A stretch of 48,568 nucleotides of DNA from an uncultured Methylomonas sp. (GCA_964530345.1 CAZGYJ010000001.1:1-48568), one strand, 5' to 3'; positions 27,981-38,901 are shown, counted from the first letter of the stretch. Made by a program: numbers and translations. Notes: generated from the letters alone by a model not told the origin.

Positions 27981-28213
27981 TTATCTGTTATTAATTTCAT
28001 AATCTTAAAAACTACTAAACACTTATCAGCTATTTCTGATGCCTTGATATTGTACCGTTTCTTGCCAAAATTCGATCCGACTTTTTCAATAAAATTCAAT
28101 TTTTCAAAAAAGCTATCCATAAGCGGCTAGACAATTGGTGTTTTCAAGCTTGAAAATTGTTCTAGACTTATCATCTATAAAGTAATGAATTAAATAGGGT
28201 AAGAATTATCATT

Positions 28214-29209
28214 ATGAATAAGCCAAAATATTTACTTTCGCTTTCGACAATACTTTTCGCCATATTATCTGCGCCCGAAATAAATGCAAAAAAACTGTAT
28301 AAATATCAGGACGAAAAAGGTATTTGGCATTTTTCGGACAAACAGCCGGAAACTGACTTAAAAGTTGAAGTACGACAAATGAAAGTGGCGAAAAAGAAAT
28401 GGGTCTGGATTGAAACGGAAGGACCAAAAACGGAGCCTGACTTTTATGTTCAAAATACTTTTTATGGACCTATTGAGCTAAAAGTTAGCCTGCATGCCCA
28501 AAACAATGTCAGAACCAGCCCTCCATTACCGGAAAGATTTATCATCTACCCTGGAAAATCAGCTAAATTATTTGAAATAAGACCTGTAAACCCCTTCCAG
28601 TCATGGGGTTATGGATTACAATACAGTTACGTCATTGGCGATCCCAAAAGCAAACATGATTTTTCGCATCTCTATTTACCTCCAATAGCTCCTGGCGCCG
28701 CATTTCAGGTAACACAGGGTTTTAACGGAAGCTTTAGCCATCATGACGAACAAAACAAATATGCTATTGATATCGCCATGCCGATTGGAACACCTATTCA
28801 TGCCGCCCGTTCCGGGGTAGTTATGAAGGTAGAAAATGATTTTTTCAAGGGCGGCACAGATAATAAAGCCTATCTGTCACGCGCCAATAGCATCAGAATT
28901 CTTCATGACGATGGTTCGATGGCAATTTATGCACATCTGGAACTGGAAAAAGCTCAGGTTTATCCCGGCCAACGTGTCCAAACTGGACAACTGATTGCCT
29001 ATTCAGGAAACACCGGCTTTACTTCGGGCCCACATTTGCACTTTTCCGTTCAGGTCAATAAGGGTATGAAACTGGCTTCCGTGCCTTTCAAGTTTGCTGA
29101 TGAAGATGGTAAAAAAGGACCTTCCATTGGAAGCTGGTTAACTGGCGTCAACCCTGCCATTATGCAAGGAGCCAGCCATGAAATTAGCGGGTTCCAAAAA
29201 CCACAATAG
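28214..29209 (+). CDS. M23-family metallopeptidase with an N-terminal DUF4124-like domain
   Basis: 331 aa. Signal peptide. KLYKYQDEKGIWHFSDKQP (DUF4124-like). M23 motifs HHDEQNKYAIDIAMPIGTPIHAARSG and GNTGFTSGPHLHFSV. Confidence 0.85.
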   Translation: MNKPKYLLSLSTILFAILSAPEINAKKLYKYQDEKGIWHFSDKQPETDLKVEVRQMKVAKKKWVWIETEGPKTEPDFYVQNTFYGPIELKVSLHAQNNVRTSPPLPERFIIYPGKSAKLFEIRPVNPFQSWGYGLQYSYVIGDPKSKHDFSHLYLPPIAPGAAFQVTQGFNGSFSHHDEQNKYAIDIAMPIGTPIHAARSGVVMKVENDFFKGGTDNKAYLSRANSIRILHDDGSMAIYAHLELEKAQVYPGQRVQTGQLIAYSGNTGFTSGPHLHFSVQVNKGMKLASVPFKFADEDGKKGPSIGSWLTGVNPAIMQGASHEISGFQKPQ

Positions 29210-29840
29210 TTTTACCACGAGCGGTTATTTTATTATCCTGCTCTTCCAGCTCTTTTAAAACTCTACCCGCCATCTCTCTTGAACAACCTACTATTCGGCC
29301 AATCTCCTGACGTGTAATACGCAACTGCATACCATCAGGATGAGTAATTGCATCAGGTTGCTTGCACAAATCAAACAACGTCCTGGTAATTCGCTGCTTG
29401 ACATCCAAGAAAGCAAGATCCTGATAATTTCTGGTTGTAATCAGCAAACGGGATGAAATCTGTTCGGCTAACAAGAAAAGTAATTCAACTGCATATTCAG
29501 ATAACTCTCTATGCAATAGCTGCTTAAAGCGCTCATAACCAATCTCAGCCAGCTGGCATTTGGTCCGTGTTTTAATGGTTACCTTACGAATTTCCTGGCC
29601 TTTAAATACACCTATTTCGCCAATAAAATCATTTTTGTTCAGATAGGCCAGTATTAATTCTCTGCCATCGTCATCTTCAGCACAAACACTGACAGAGCCT
29701 TCGACAATATAATACAATCTGTCGCCTGTATCACCTGGTCTGATAATACTGGTTTTTGCCGGATAGCTTTTAATATGACAATAATGTAAAAATTGCTGCA
29801 AGGCATTATTTTTTGCTGGGGTCTGGATGGTCAAACTCAT
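29184..29840 (-). CDS. crp: cAMP receptor protein / Vfr-type global regulator
   Basis: 218 aa. cNMP-binding domain (FIGEIGVF) and C-terminal HTH RQEIGRIVGCSREMAGRVLKELE ... GKTIVVFGTR, very close to E. coli CRP. Divergent from the OsmC-family gene, as crp/yhfA are in E. coli. Confidence 0.92.
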   Translation of the reverse strand: MSLTIQTPAKNNALQQFLHYCHIKSYPAKTSIIRPGDTGDRLYYIVEGSVSVCAEDDDGRELILAYLNKNDFIGEIGVFKGQEIRKVTIKTRTKCQLAEIGYERFKQLLHRELSEYAVELLFLLAEQISSRLLITTRNYQDLAFLDVKQRITRTLFDLCKQPDAITHPDGMQLRITRQEIGRIVGCSREMAGRVLKELEEQDNKITARGKTIVVFGTR

Positions 29841-30058
29841 AATATCTGGAATATCCTATAATCAAATTATATACTTGCAATCGGAAAGATTTAGCTGACA
29901 AAACCGACTGCATGCAGTACCAATTTCAAAAGTTTTTTCGTTCCTATTGCTCATTACGATGCAATATATTTATCTAAAAAGCAATGTAATATTTGCAAAT
30001 AGATGACTAAAGTCTAGACAATATATATTTTTTTTCAATAGCGAGGCGGGTATTAGTA

Positions 30059-30475
30059 ATGGAAGTTCAAATCAAATGGGTGGATGGCGTAATGTTTGTC
30101 GGAGAAACTGGAAGCGGGCATGCTGTTGTTATGGATGGCCCGCCAGATCATGGCGGGCGCAACATGGGAGTTCGCCCAATGGAAATGATCCTGCTTGGTT
30201 TGGGTGGCTGCTCATCTTTTGACGTCGTTCAAATCCTACAGAAAGGACGCCACAATGTAACTGACTGTGTGACCAAAATTTTAGCAGAACGGGTTGACAG
30301 TATTCCCAGCGTATTCAGCAAAATTCATCTGCATTTTGAAGTATCAGGCAAGAATCTAAAAGAAGCCGCCGTTGAGCGCGCAGTACGACTTTCTGCTGAA
30401 AAATACTGTTCGGCAGCTATTATGCTGGAAAAAGCAGTCGAAATTACCCATGATTTTGAGGTTAAAGGGATTTAA
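30059..30475 (+). CDS. OsmC family protein (YhfA-like)
   Basis: 138 aa. OsmC-type paired Cys contexts (LGLGGCSSFDV and EKYCSAAIML). Confidence 0.8.
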   Translation: MEVQIKWVDGVMFVGETGSGHAVVMDGPPDHGGRNMGVRPMEMILLGLGGCSSFDVVQILQKGRHNVTDCVTKILAERVDSIPSVFSKIHLHFEVSGKNLKEAAVERAVRLSAEKYCSAAIMLEKAVEITHDFEVKGI

Positions 30476-30481
30476 TTCAAG

Positions 30482-31258
30482 TTGAGCAAGATACAACTGC
30501 AGGGGTTTAACAACCTCACCAAATCGTTGAGTTTCAATATCTACGATATCTGCTATGCACCCGCTGCGCAACAGAAGGATTACATAGAATATATTGACGA
30601 AGCCTATAATGCCGAGCGCCTGACACAAATCCTGACAGGTGTTTCTGACATTATTGGAGCAACCATTTTGAATATAGCGCATCAAAATTATGAACCTCAA
30701 GGAGCCAGTGTCACCATGTTAATTGCTGAAGGCAAAGACATCCCGAAAAATATGGCTTCACAAACGCCCGGCCCTTTACCTGATACGGTTTTAGCTCACC
30801 TGGATAAAAGTCACATCACCGTACATACTTATCCTGAAAGCCATCCTGACAATAATATTTGCACCTTCCGCGTCGATATCGATGTTTCTACCTGCGGCCA
30901 GATTTCACCACTGAAAGCTCTCAATTATCTGATTCACAGTTTTGAGTCAGATATCGTGATTATCGATTATCGGGTCCGTGGATTTACCAGGGATGTTGAA
31001 GGAAAAAAGCACTTTATTGACCATAACATCACATCCATCCAGAATTACCTTGCAAAAGACACATTGGCAAACTATCAAATGATTGACGTTAATGTCTATC
31101 AGGAAAACATTTTTCATACCAAAATGAAACTGAACACCTTTGAGCTTGAATATCATTTATTCAATACCGAAGAAAAATTTACCATCCAGCAGAAAAATAA
31201 CATCCAGATTCAATTACAAAAAGAAATTGATGAAATTTTTTATGGTCGAAATTATTGA
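30482..31258 (+). CDS. speD: S-adenosylmethionine decarboxylase proenzyme (E. coli type)
   Basis: 258 aa, near-collinear with E. coli SpeD ([62 protein letters not shown]). TTG start. Confidence 0.93.
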   Translation: MSKIQLQGFNNLTKSLSFNIYDICYAPAAQQKDYIEYIDEAYNAERLTQILTGVSDIIGATILNIAHQNYEPQGASVTMLIAEGKDIPKNMASQTPGPLPDTVLAHLDKSHITVHTYPESHPDNNICTFRVDIDVSTCGQISPLKALNYLIHSFESDIVIIDYRVRGFTRDVEGKKHFIDHNITSIQNYLAKDTLANYQMIDVNVYQENIFHTKMKLNTFELEYHLFNTEEKFTIQQKNNIQIQLQKEIDEIFYGRNY

Positions 31259-31274
31259 ATATCAAAATTCTGAC

Positions 31275-31763
31275 TTAATCAGATGCCTCTTCCTGCTGGG
31301 CTTGCAGTGCCTCAACAATCGACAAATATTCTTCCATTTTTGGCCGGTAAAGAAAAACCGCCAAAGCAGAAAGCACGCAAAAAATATAAAGTGTGTTGTA
31401 ATCGTCACCTAGGACAAACATAATAAATCCAAACATTCCAATGGTCCCCGCTGATATCATGGAAACCAGAACCGTCACAAAATATCGCTGTTTCGCACTC
31501 GCTTCACCCGGCATGGTCTGATTTAAGCGAACCATGATAAAACGCATCAAATTAGTGATTGGAAAAGCAATGATAGCGAGGACATATAGAATCGTTCTTA
31601 TCCAGACCAGCCTGTCCTGACTAATCTGAAAAACCCGTATTTTCTCCCAATAATACTCACTAACAAACAAATAAGCCAACAAGGTTAATAAAATGAGCGC
31701 CATTAAAAGCCACAATAGTTTAAATACTGCTTTAGCTTGGCCTGAAGAAAAGTCCCGTATCAT
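31275..31763 (-). CDS. Hypothetical membrane protein
   Basis: 162 aa with 4 hydrophobic helices. The start overlaps the stop of the upstream CPBP gene by 1 nt (TAATG). Confidence 0.55.
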   Translation of the reverse strand: MIRDFSSGQAKAVFKLLWLLMALILLTLLAYLFVSEYYWEKIRVFQISQDRLVWIRTILYVLAIIAFPITNLMRFIMVRLNQTMPGEASAKQRYFVTVLVSMISAGTIGMFGFIMFVLGDDYNTLYIFCVLSALAVFLYRPKMEEYLSIVEALQAQQEEASD

Positions 31764-32383
31764 TATTTTTCCTGATTATCTTGCAGATTTTTCTCAGCAA
31801 GTTCGCGCCGGTAAGTTTGGACAATCACCAAGAACGCCAAAAAATCATACAATCCATGAATAATAATTGGGGTTAACAAATTTCTGTCACCACCATAATC
31901 CATAGAAAGCCCTAAAAACATACCCACTAATGCGGCAAGCACTGCATACATTGGCGTTACCGCATGCACTAAGCCGAAAATAACATTGCTGGCAATCAGC
32001 CCGCCCGTCATGCCCCATGATGATTCCAACCACGGCTGAATTGTGCCACGAAACAATACCTCTTCTGTAATTCCAGCTATCGCCGCAAGAATAAACAAAT
32101 CAGTCCAATGCAAACGCACCATATTTGGCGCCAGAGTATCAAGCAATGCCCGCTTGACCTCTTGAAAAGAATCAATTTGAATCTGATATAGCGCCATAAA
32201 AAAAACAAATAAAGGGATAGTCCCAACGATGCCATAGAAAATAGCCATCTCGGAAAAAAACAGGTTGGCGAAAGGGTTGATACCAACAAACCATCCGATT
32301 ATAAAAGCTATAACCAGCAAAGAGCCTTCAAAATAACAGGCCACCCTGAAAAAATTTTGCTCATTGATTGGTGAATTATCCAT
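31763..32383 (-). CDS. CPBP-family intramembrane glutamic endopeptidase (CAAX protease-like)
   Basis: 206 aa. Motifs EEVLFRG, FGLVH, HGLYDF. Confidence 0.85.
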   Translation of the reverse strand: MDNSPINEQNFFRVACYFEGSLLVIAFIIGWFVGINPFANLFFSEMAIFYGIVGTIPLFVFFMALYQIQIDSFQEVKRALLDTLAPNMVRLHWTDLFILAAIAGITEEVLFRGTIQPWLESSWGMTGGLIASNVIFGLVHAVTPMYAVLAALVGMFLGLSMDYGGDRNLLTPIIIHGLYDFLAFLVIVQTYRRELAEKNLQDNQEK

Positions 32384-32473
32384 GCACTACGCCATTAATG
32401 GTTGAAAAATTGAGGATATAGTTTACCGAAAACCGAGTAAAATAGCCGAAATTTACAAACTGCAGATACAAGT

Positions 32474-32731
32474 ATGTTGTGCTTCATTTATAAAAGCTCA
32501 AAAAAACCAGAACTTTATTTATATGTTCCAGAAAAAGACAATTTTTCTAATGTTGACGAATTACTCTTTACGGCATTCGGTACACCGGAATTTGTTATGG
32601 AACTGGAACTAACGCCAAACAGAAAACTCGCCAGAGCCGATACCGAAAAGGTAATGACCAACCTGAAAAACAAAGGGTATTTTGTGCAGATGCCACCCGT
32701 CACATTCAATGCGCCCAAAAAAATCCAATAA
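32474..32731 (+). CDS. YcgL domain-containing protein
   Basis: 85 aa. CFIYKSSKKPELYLYV ... GYFVQMPP is typical of the YcgL family. Confidence 0.75.
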   Translation: MLCFIYKSSKKPELYLYVPEKDNFSNVDELLFTAFGTPEFVMELELTPNRKLARADTEKVMTNLKNKGYFVQMPPVTFNAPKKIQ

Positions 32732-32740
32732 TTCCAGAAT

Positions 32741-33307
32741 TTATGCCTTTGGCAACGTCACTCCTCGCTGCCCCTGATATTTCCCGCCTCGATCTCCATA
32801 GGAAACCTCACACACTTCGTCACTGCCAAAAAACAGCATTTGCGCCACGCCCTCATTAGCATAAATTTTTGCCGGTAGCGGTGTAGTATTGGAAAACTCG
32901 AGAGTGACATGCCCCTGCCATTCCGGTTCTAACGGCGTGACATTGACAATAATACCGCACCGGGCATAGGTTGATTTGCCCAGACAGATTGTCAACACAT
33001 CGCGGGGAATACGAAAATACTCGACTGTACGCGCCAGCGCAAAGGAGTTGGGAGGAATAATGCAAACATCCGATTTCACATCAACAAAACTTTCATCAGC
33101 AAAATCCTTGGGGTCTACAATAGCAGAATTGATGTTGGTGAAAATCTTGAATTCATCCGAACAACGAACATCATACCCATAACTGGACGTACCGTAGGAA
33201 ATTACCCGACCTTGTTCTGACTCTCTAACCTGATGCGAAACAAAAGGCTCGATCAAACCTTTTTGTTGCGCCATACGGCGAATCCACTTGTCTGACTTAA
33301 TGCTCAT
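32741..33307 (-). CDS. dcd: dCTP deaminase
   Basis: 188 aa. [13 protein letters not shown]..., [31 protein letters not shown]. Confidence 0.93.
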   Translation of the reverse strand: MSIKSDKWIRRMAQQKGLIEPFVSHQVRESEQGRVISYGTSSYGYDVRCSDEFKIFTNINSAIVDPKDFADESFVDVKSDVCIIPPNSFALARTVEYFRIPRDVLTICLGKSTYARCGIIVNVTPLEPEWQGHVTLEFSNTTPLPAKIYANEGVAQMLFFGSDEVCEVSYGDRGGKYQGQRGVTLPKA

Positions 33308-33358
33308 TATTAAAAATATACCTGATGCTAATTTGAATGAAGCTTTTTACCACAAACA

Positions 33359-34450
33359 TCAGGTGTTTTGCACAACAATATTTGGAAATTTATGGCTATA
33401 ATCTTTCGCTTGTAATGCCAGTTTTCCTGACATTTTTCGTGCGATTGATTGATAAATCTCAGCTATTCGCCCTTCCGGATCTGAAACTACAGACGGCCTT
33501 CCAGAGTCTGCTTGCTGACGAATGGTAATATCCAAGGGCAAAGCACCCAATAAATCCACCTTGTTTTTCTGCGCCATCATGACTCCACCACCTTCGCCGA
33601 AGATGGGTTCTTCATATCCGCATTTGCTACAAATATGAACACTCATATTTTCAATAATCCCCAGAACTGGAATATTTACTTTTTCAAACATGGCTAAACC
33701 TCGCTGCGCATCTAAAAGCGCAATATCCTGCGGCGTTGTCACTATAACTGCACCGCTGACTGGAATCTGCTGCGATAACGACAACTGTATATCGCCCGTC
33801 CCCGGCGGCAAATCGACAATCAAATAATCCAGGTCTTGCCAATGAGTCTCCTGCAATAATTGTTGTAAAGCATTTGTCACCATCGGCCCTCTCCAAATCA
33901 TTGGCTGACCCGGGTCAATTAAATAGCCAATTGAAATTGTTTGGATGCCATAAGCCACTTTGGGATTCATGGTCTTACCATCATCACTGGATGGATGTCC
34001 GGTTAAACCCAGCATGGTCGGGATACTTGGACCATAAATATCAGCATCCAAAATTCCAACATTAGCGCCTTCTACTGCCAATGCCAGAGCCAAATTGACT
34101 GCCGTTGTTGATTTTCCAACACCACCTTTTCCCGATGCCACTGCGATAATATTTTTGACATTGGGAATTGGCTTCAAAGATTGCTGCACACTGTGGGAAA
34201 TAATATTGATTTCAGCATCAACACTGACTTCGCCAATATCAGGCAATGCTTGTAAATGGCTTTTTGCTTGTCCCGCCAATTCTTCGATACTGCTTTTTGC
34301 TGGATAACCAATTTCCAGCTTAATGTTGACATCAGCACCATCAATATCTATTGCTTTGACAAAATTAGCGCTGACCAAATCAGTTTCTATATTTGGATCA
34401 ATTATCGCCTTTAGGCAATTTTCCACATCAGCTTTATTTAGAATGGTCAT
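33359..34450 (-). CDS. apbC: Iron-sulfur cluster carrier protein ApbC/Mrp
   Basis: 363 aa. N-terminal DUF59-like domain, deviant Walker A SGKGGVGKST, CxxC (CSKCG). Divergent from metG, the classic mrp/metG arrangement. Confidence 0.92.
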   Translation of the reverse strand: MTILNKADVENCLKAIIDPNIETDLVSANFVKAIDIDGADVNIKLEIGYPAKSSIEELAGQAKSHLQALPDIGEVSVDAEINIISHSVQQSLKPIPNVKNIIAVASGKGGVGKSTTAVNLALALAVEGANVGILDADIYGPSIPTMLGLTGHPSSDDGKTMNPKVAYGIQTISIGYLIDPGQPMIWRGPMVTNALQQLLQETHWQDLDYLIVDLPPGTGDIQLSLSQQIPVSGAVIVTTPQDIALLDAQRGLAMFEKVNIPVLGIIENMSVHICSKCGYEEPIFGEGGGVMMAQKNKVDLLGALPLDITIRQQADSGRPSVVSDPEGRIAEIYQSIARKMSGKLALQAKDYSHKFPNIVVQNT

Positions 34451-34686
34451 TTAACTGGATTTAAAAAACATACATTATGAAGATCCATAGTATAACACTT
34501 GGTATCTATGACTCTTCCACTTTTGCTATCGTTTTAACACTATCCTGAATCCGTGATGAACCAAGAGCTTGCCCTTTGTGCCGTAGTGCAGTCACGGATT
34601 AAAGACTATTATAAGCTCCTGAATTTGGAACAGATTTATGGCATAATAAAAGGCTTGTTTGTAATCCATTAGAAACCAACCGCACC

Positions 34687-36702
34687 ATGTCTGACAGAAA
34701 AATTCTGGTTACCAGCGCCCTACCCTATGCAAACGGCCCAATCCATCTAGGACACCTTGTTGAATATATTCAAACCGATATCTGGTCCCGTTTCCAGAAA
34801 CAAAAAGGCCATGAATGCTATTTTGTATGTGCTGATGATACGCACGGCACCCCGATCATGTTACGAGCTGATGCCGAAGGCATCACACCAGAGGAGTTAA
34901 TTGCACGCGTCCAAAAAGAACATCTGGCGGATTTCTCTGATTTTGGTATCATTTTTGACAACTACCACAGCACCCATTCACAGGAAAACAAAGAATTATC
35001 TGCATTAATTTATCAACGCCTGAAAGAGGCCGGCCATATTGATTCTGCTGAAATCAGTCAGGCTTATGATCCAGTCAAAAAAATGTTTCTCCCAGATCGC
35101 TTTATTAAAGGGCTGTGCCCCAAATGTAAAGCTCCCGATCAATATGGGGACAGCTGCGAAGTATGCGGAGCCACTTATTCACCCACTGAATTAATCAATG
35201 CTGTCTCGGTCATTTCTGGCGAAAAACCCATAGAAAAAAAATCCTTGCATTATTTTTTCAAACTGGCTGATTTTACAGAAATGTTAAAAGAGTGGACGGC
35301 AGCCGACCACTTGCAACCAGAAGTGACCAACAAATTATCGGAATGGCTGGAGCATGGCTTGCAAAAATGGGATATATCCCGCGATGCCCCTTATTTCGGC
35401 TTCGAAATTCCTGACGCCCCCGGTAAATATTTTTATGTTTGGCTAGACGCTCCAATCGGTTACATGGCTAGCTTTAAAAACCTATGCGACAAAACCAGTC
35501 TGAATTTTGATGAATTTTGGGGCAAAGACAGTACTGCAGAGCTGTATCATTTTATCGGCAAGGATATCATCTACTTCCATGCGCTATTTTGGCCTGCCAT
35601 GTTAAGTGGTGCAGATTTCAGAACCCCAAGCGCAATTTTTGCCCACGGTTTTTTAACCGTCAATGGCGAAAAAATGTCCAAGTCGCGCGGCACCTTTATC
35701 AAAGCCAGAACTTACCTGGAACATCTGAATCCAGAATATTTACGTTACTATTTTGCTGCAAAACTGAATGCGGGCATTGATGATATTGACTTAAGCTTCG
35801 ATGATTTTACCCAGCGCGTCAACTCGGATCTGATTGGCAAGGTCGTCAACATTGCCAGCCGCTGCAGTGGCTTTATCAAAAAACGCTTTTCCGGAAAACT
35901 GTCCGCCACCTGCTCTGAGCCTGAGCTGTTTCAGGAATTTATCGCTGCAAATCAGCAAATTGCTTCACTTTATGAGCAACGTGAATTTGGTAAAGCCATG
36001 CGCGAAATTATGGCTTTAGCAGACAAGGCAAATCAATATATTGATGAGAAAAAACCCTGGCTGATTGCCAAGGAAGAGGACAAAGATACCGAGTTACACG
36101 AAGTGTGCTCAATGGGCATTAATCTGTTTCGCCTTTTAATTACTTACCTCAAACCGGTTTTGCCAACACTAAGCCGTAACGCTGAAAATTTTTTAAATAT
36201 TGACGACCAACTTTGGCCTAAGGAACAGACAACACCACTTCTCGACCATTCTATTAACCCTTTCAAACCGTTGATGACCCGGGTTGAAAAAGAAAAAATT
36301 GATGCCGTTGTCGAAGCTTCCAAAGAAGACCTGAGCAAAGACCAAACTACCATCAAAAAATTTGAACCTATTGCCGAGACAATTGAATTCGATGATTTTG
36401 CCAAAATCGACCTGCGCATAGCCAAAATCATCAAAGCTGAACACGTCGAAGGTGCAGATAAACTATTACAGCTCACTGTCGATATTGGTGACGAAACCCG
36501 TAATATCTTTGCAGGTATCAAATCAGCTTACGCACCGGAGGATTTAGAAGGAAGATTGACTGTCGTCGTCGCCAATCTGAAACCAAGAAAAATGCGCTTT
36601 GGCATTTCTGAAGGTATGGTACTGGCTGCCGGCCCAGGCGGCAAAGATTTATGGATTCTAAGCCCGGATGAAGGCGCCAAAGCAGGCATGAAAGTAAAAT
36701 AA
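34687..36702 (+). CDS. metG: Methionine--tRNA ligase
   Basis: 671 aa. HIGH-type PIHLGHLV, zinc knuckles [23 protein letters not shown], and a C-terminal tRNA-binding (Trbp111-like) domain. Confidence 0.97.
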   Translation: MSDRKILVTSALPYANGPIHLGHLVEYIQTDIWSRFQKQKGHECYFVCADDTHGTPIMLRADAEGITPEELIARVQKEHLADFSDFGIIFDNYHSTHSQENKELSALIYQRLKEAGHIDSAEISQAYDPVKKMFLPDRFIKGLCPKCKAPDQYGDSCEVCGATYSPTELINAVSVISGEKPIEKKSLHYFFKLADFTEMLKEWTAADHLQPEVTNKLSEWLEHGLQKWDISRDAPYFGFEIPDAPGKYFYVWLDAPIGYMASFKNLCDKTSLNFDEFWGKDSTAELYHFIGKDIIYFHALFWPAMLSGADFRTPSAIFAHGFLTVNGEKMSKSRGTFIKARTYLEHLNPEYLRYYFAAKLNAGIDDIDLSFDDFTQRVNSDLIGKVVNIASRCSGFIKKRFSGKLSATCSEPELFQEFIAANQQIASLYEQREFGKAMREIMALADKANQYIDEKKPWLIAKEEDKDTELHEVCSMGINLFRLLITYLKPVLPTLSRNAENFLNIDDQLWPKEQTTPLLDHSINPFKPLMTRVEKEKIDAVVEASKEDLSKDQTTIKKFEPIAETIEFDDFAKIDLRIAKIIKAEHVEGADKLLQLTVDIGDETRNIFAGIKSAYAPEDLEGRLTVVVANLKPRKMRFGISEGMVLAAGPGGKDLWILSPDEGAKAGMKVK

Positions 36703-36707
36703 ATCCA

Positions 36708-37658
36708 ATGGTTGAACAGCAATTTGTTTTTAATCAGATTCATATTGAAGCGGCACGAAATGCTTCTGATGACTTCAATTTATTTCATGACAAACGTAAA
36801 TGGTTGCAAATCACTCATAACCCTTTTAAAGGCCCAATCGTTCTGGGTTTTCAGCTTAATGCGCTGATTGAATACCAAATACGGTTGTATCGTGAAGCCA
36901 ATCATGAAGATAAAATCATAGAAGAAAATCGGCTCCGTTACAGCAATTATCAAATCACATTTGTCAATGCAGTCAGACCTGACAATCCAATCCAGCTACA
37001 AATCAAAAAAACCCTGATTAAAACCATTCCCGATTTAACCTTGACTAATCGCGTCATGATTAAGTCAATAGATAAAACGGTTCTAATAGGTTATAAAAAA
37101 GAAACGCCAAAGCCATTATTCCTGACTGATATTGATTTATCCAAGTTACCAGATTTACAAGAATTTTCCGATCGCAGCATGATTCCTGACACGCCCTATT
37201 TTCTGAAAAAGAAATACATGAATAACGGCAATGCCAAGAATTTTTTGTCGGGGTCGCTTGCCGAACAATCTGATTATTTTGATGAAATTGACGGTCTGGT
37301 TCAATACCCGGAAAGCTTTCCTTGCAGTCTGACATCAGGAGCTTTAATGGAAAAAGCACTGCTTGAACAACATGATTTCAAACGTAACCCAATGGTTTAT
37401 ACCTCTCACGAACTTTCTATTGACCGTGAATTATTGCGAGAACTTAAAAGTCATGACCAGTTAATGATTCTGGTTCATCAACATCCCGAATCTGGCACAG
37501 ACACTTTAAACAAAACAGGAATAAAACTAAGGGTTTACGACTGTTTTGGATTAATAAAAGATCAGCAAGTGCTGTTCAGGGCAAAAATGCGCCTGGCACC
37601 CCTTGAAGAAATTCTGAATAATCTAAATCAAAAAAATAATTTTCATCAATCCAGATGA
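36708..37658 (+). CDS. Hypothetical protein (possible hot-dog-like N-terminus)
   Basis: 316 aa. Starts 5 nt after the metG stop. Its stop overlaps the next start (ATGA). The N-terminal SDDFNLFHD resembles the MaoC-type GDxNPxH motif; this is weak. Confidence 0.5.
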   Translation: MVEQQFVFNQIHIEAARNASDDFNLFHDKRKWLQITHNPFKGPIVLGFQLNALIEYQIRLYREANHEDKIIEENRLRYSNYQITFVNAVRPDNPIQLQIKKTLIKTIPDLTLTNRVMIKSIDKTVLIGYKKETPKPLFLTDIDLSKLPDLQEFSDRSMIPDTPYFLKKKYMNNGNAKNFLSGSLAEQSDYFDEIDGLVQYPESFPCSLTSGALMEKALLEQHDFKRNPMVYTSHELSIDRELLRELKSHDQLMILVHQHPESGTDTLNKTGIKLRVYDCFGLIKDQQVLFRAKMRLAPLEEILNNLNQKNNFHQSR

Positions 37659-38242
37659 CTTCACTGACCGACCAAATTGATGTGATTTTACCGCAAACAC
37701 AATGCCAAAAATGCACATTTGCTGCTTGTCGCCCTTATGCCGAGGCCATTGCAGCAGGCAATGCAGATATCAACCAATGTCCACCAGGCGGCCAAAAAGG
37801 CGTAGAATCTTTAGCTAAGCTGCTTGGGGTAAAAGCTAAACCTCTGAATCCAGACTATGGTGAACAAAAACCACCTCAGATTGCCGTTATCATCGAAGAA
37901 AATTGCATTGGCTGCGTAAAGTGTATTAATGCCTGTCCGGTCGACGCCATTATTGGCGCAGCCAAACAAATGCATACAGTCATAAGTTCTGAATGCACCG
38001 GATGTGAGCTTTGCATTTCTCCCTGCCCGGTGGACTGCATTGTTTTACAACCTGTAGCAGAAGAAAATCATTATAATCCCGACAAAGCCAGATCACGTTT
38101 TCAGGCTAAATTACAGCGTCAGGAACTTGAAAAACAACAAAAAGCAGAACGAGCCAAGCAAAAAAAAGCACAACTGGCAAAGCTAATTTCCGCAAAAAAT
38201 CGAAAAAAAAATGAATCAGGCAAAACGGAAAGAGATTTTTGA
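37655..38242 (+). CDS. RnfB/RsxB-related ferredoxin lacking the membrane anchor, with a Lys-rich tail
   Basis: 195 aa. N-terminal Cys cluster CQKCTFAACRPY...CPPGG. Two 4Fe-4S motifs, CIGCVKCINACP and CTGCELCISPCP. No other rnf genes in the window. Confidence 0.8.
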   Translation: MTSLTDQIDVILPQTQCQKCTFAACRPYAEAIAAGNADINQCPPGGQKGVESLAKLLGVKAKPLNPDYGEQKPPQIAVIIEENCIGCVKCINACPVDAIIGAAKQMHTVISSECTGCELCISPCPVDCIVLQPVAEENHYNPDKARSRFQAKLQRQELEKQQKAERAKQKKAQLAKLISAKNRKKNESGKTERDF

Positions 38243-38846
38243 CCGGCTGGCCAAGGCCATTCCAGAACCCAAAACCGAACTTAAATACACGACCCCTTTT
38301 GAACTGCTGATCGCCGTGGTTTTGTCTGCCCAAGCCACCGATAAATCCGTCAACAAAGCGACTGATAAATTATTCACTGTCGCAAACACCCCAGAATCGA
38401 TCCTGGAACTGGGTGAAGAAAAGTTAAAATCCTATGTTAAAACCATTGGTCTTTATAACAGCAAAGCAGCAAATATTATTAAACTTTGTAAACTGCTGGT
38501 AGAAAAACACCATAGCCAGGTTCCACAATCTCGCGAAGAACTGGAAGCTTTACCCGGGGTAGGCAGAAAAACAGCCAATGTAGTATTAAACACCGCCTTT
38601 GGCCACAACACCATTGCCGTTGACACCCATATTTTCAGAGTTTCCAATCGCACCGGACTAGCACGTGGCAAAACCGTTCTGGAAGTTGAAAAAAAACTTG
38701 ATAAATACGTTCCAAAAGAGCATAAACAGGATGCCCATCACTTATTAATTTTGCATGGTAGATACACGTGCATAGCCAGAAAGCCAAGATGTCAAAGCTG
38801 TGTCATTGAAGACTTATGTGAATATAAAGACAAAATTCTTGAATAA
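38211..38846 (+). CDS. nth: Endonuclease III
   Basis: 211 aa. The N-terminus parallels E. coli Nth (FELLIAVVLSAQATD). HhH LPGVGRKTANVVL. C-x6-C-x2-C-x5-C cluster. 32-nt overlap with the upstream gene. Confidence 0.95.
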   Translation: MNQAKRKEIFDRLAKAIPEPKTELKYTTPFELLIAVVLSAQATDKSVNKATDKLFTVANTPESILELGEEKLKSYVKTIGLYNSKAANIIKLCKLLVEKHHSQVPQSREELEALPGVGRKTANVVLNTAFGHNTIAVDTHIFRVSNRTGLARGKTVLEVEKKLDKYVPKEHKQDAHHLLILHGRYTCIARKPRCQSCVIEDLCEYKDKILE

Positions 38847-38872
38847 CCCTATTCATTCAATGGATAAAGCAT

Positions 38873-38901
38873 TTGCAAATATACTCGCATGAGTTTATAA
38901 A
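38873..38901 (+). promoter_or_regulatory. Candidate sigma70 promoter of the RiPP precursor gene
   Basis: TTGCAA (38873-38878), 17-nt spacer, TATAAA (38896-38901), ~140 nt upstream of the ATG. Pattern match only. Confidence 0.35.

Noticed and set aside
28141-28156. Perfect 16-nt palindrome ttttcaagcttgaaaa between the CopC operon and the M23 gene
   Set aside because: The position is attractive (a divergent promoter region), but a single 16-nt palindrome is expected about once per window by chance. It matches no known operator family that I recognise. I kept it only as a note.
28198-28216. Fur-box-like sequence (minus strand cataatgataattcttacc, 15 of 19 matches to GATAATGATAATCATTATC) overlapping the M23 peptidase start codon
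   Set aside because: By a rough binomial estimate, about one match of this quality is expected by chance in an AT-rich 48-kb window. The position on the start codon of a peptidase gene has no obvious iron logic. A genome-specific Fur matrix or ChIP would be needed.
34544-34600. Shared 13-mer cctgaatccgtga (also at 44073-44085) and a local 9-bp inverted repeat aatccgtga/tcacggatt, considered as a second repeat family
   Set aside because: Exact 13-mer sharing is expected many times by chance in 48 kb when both strands are considered. The flanking similarity is weak.
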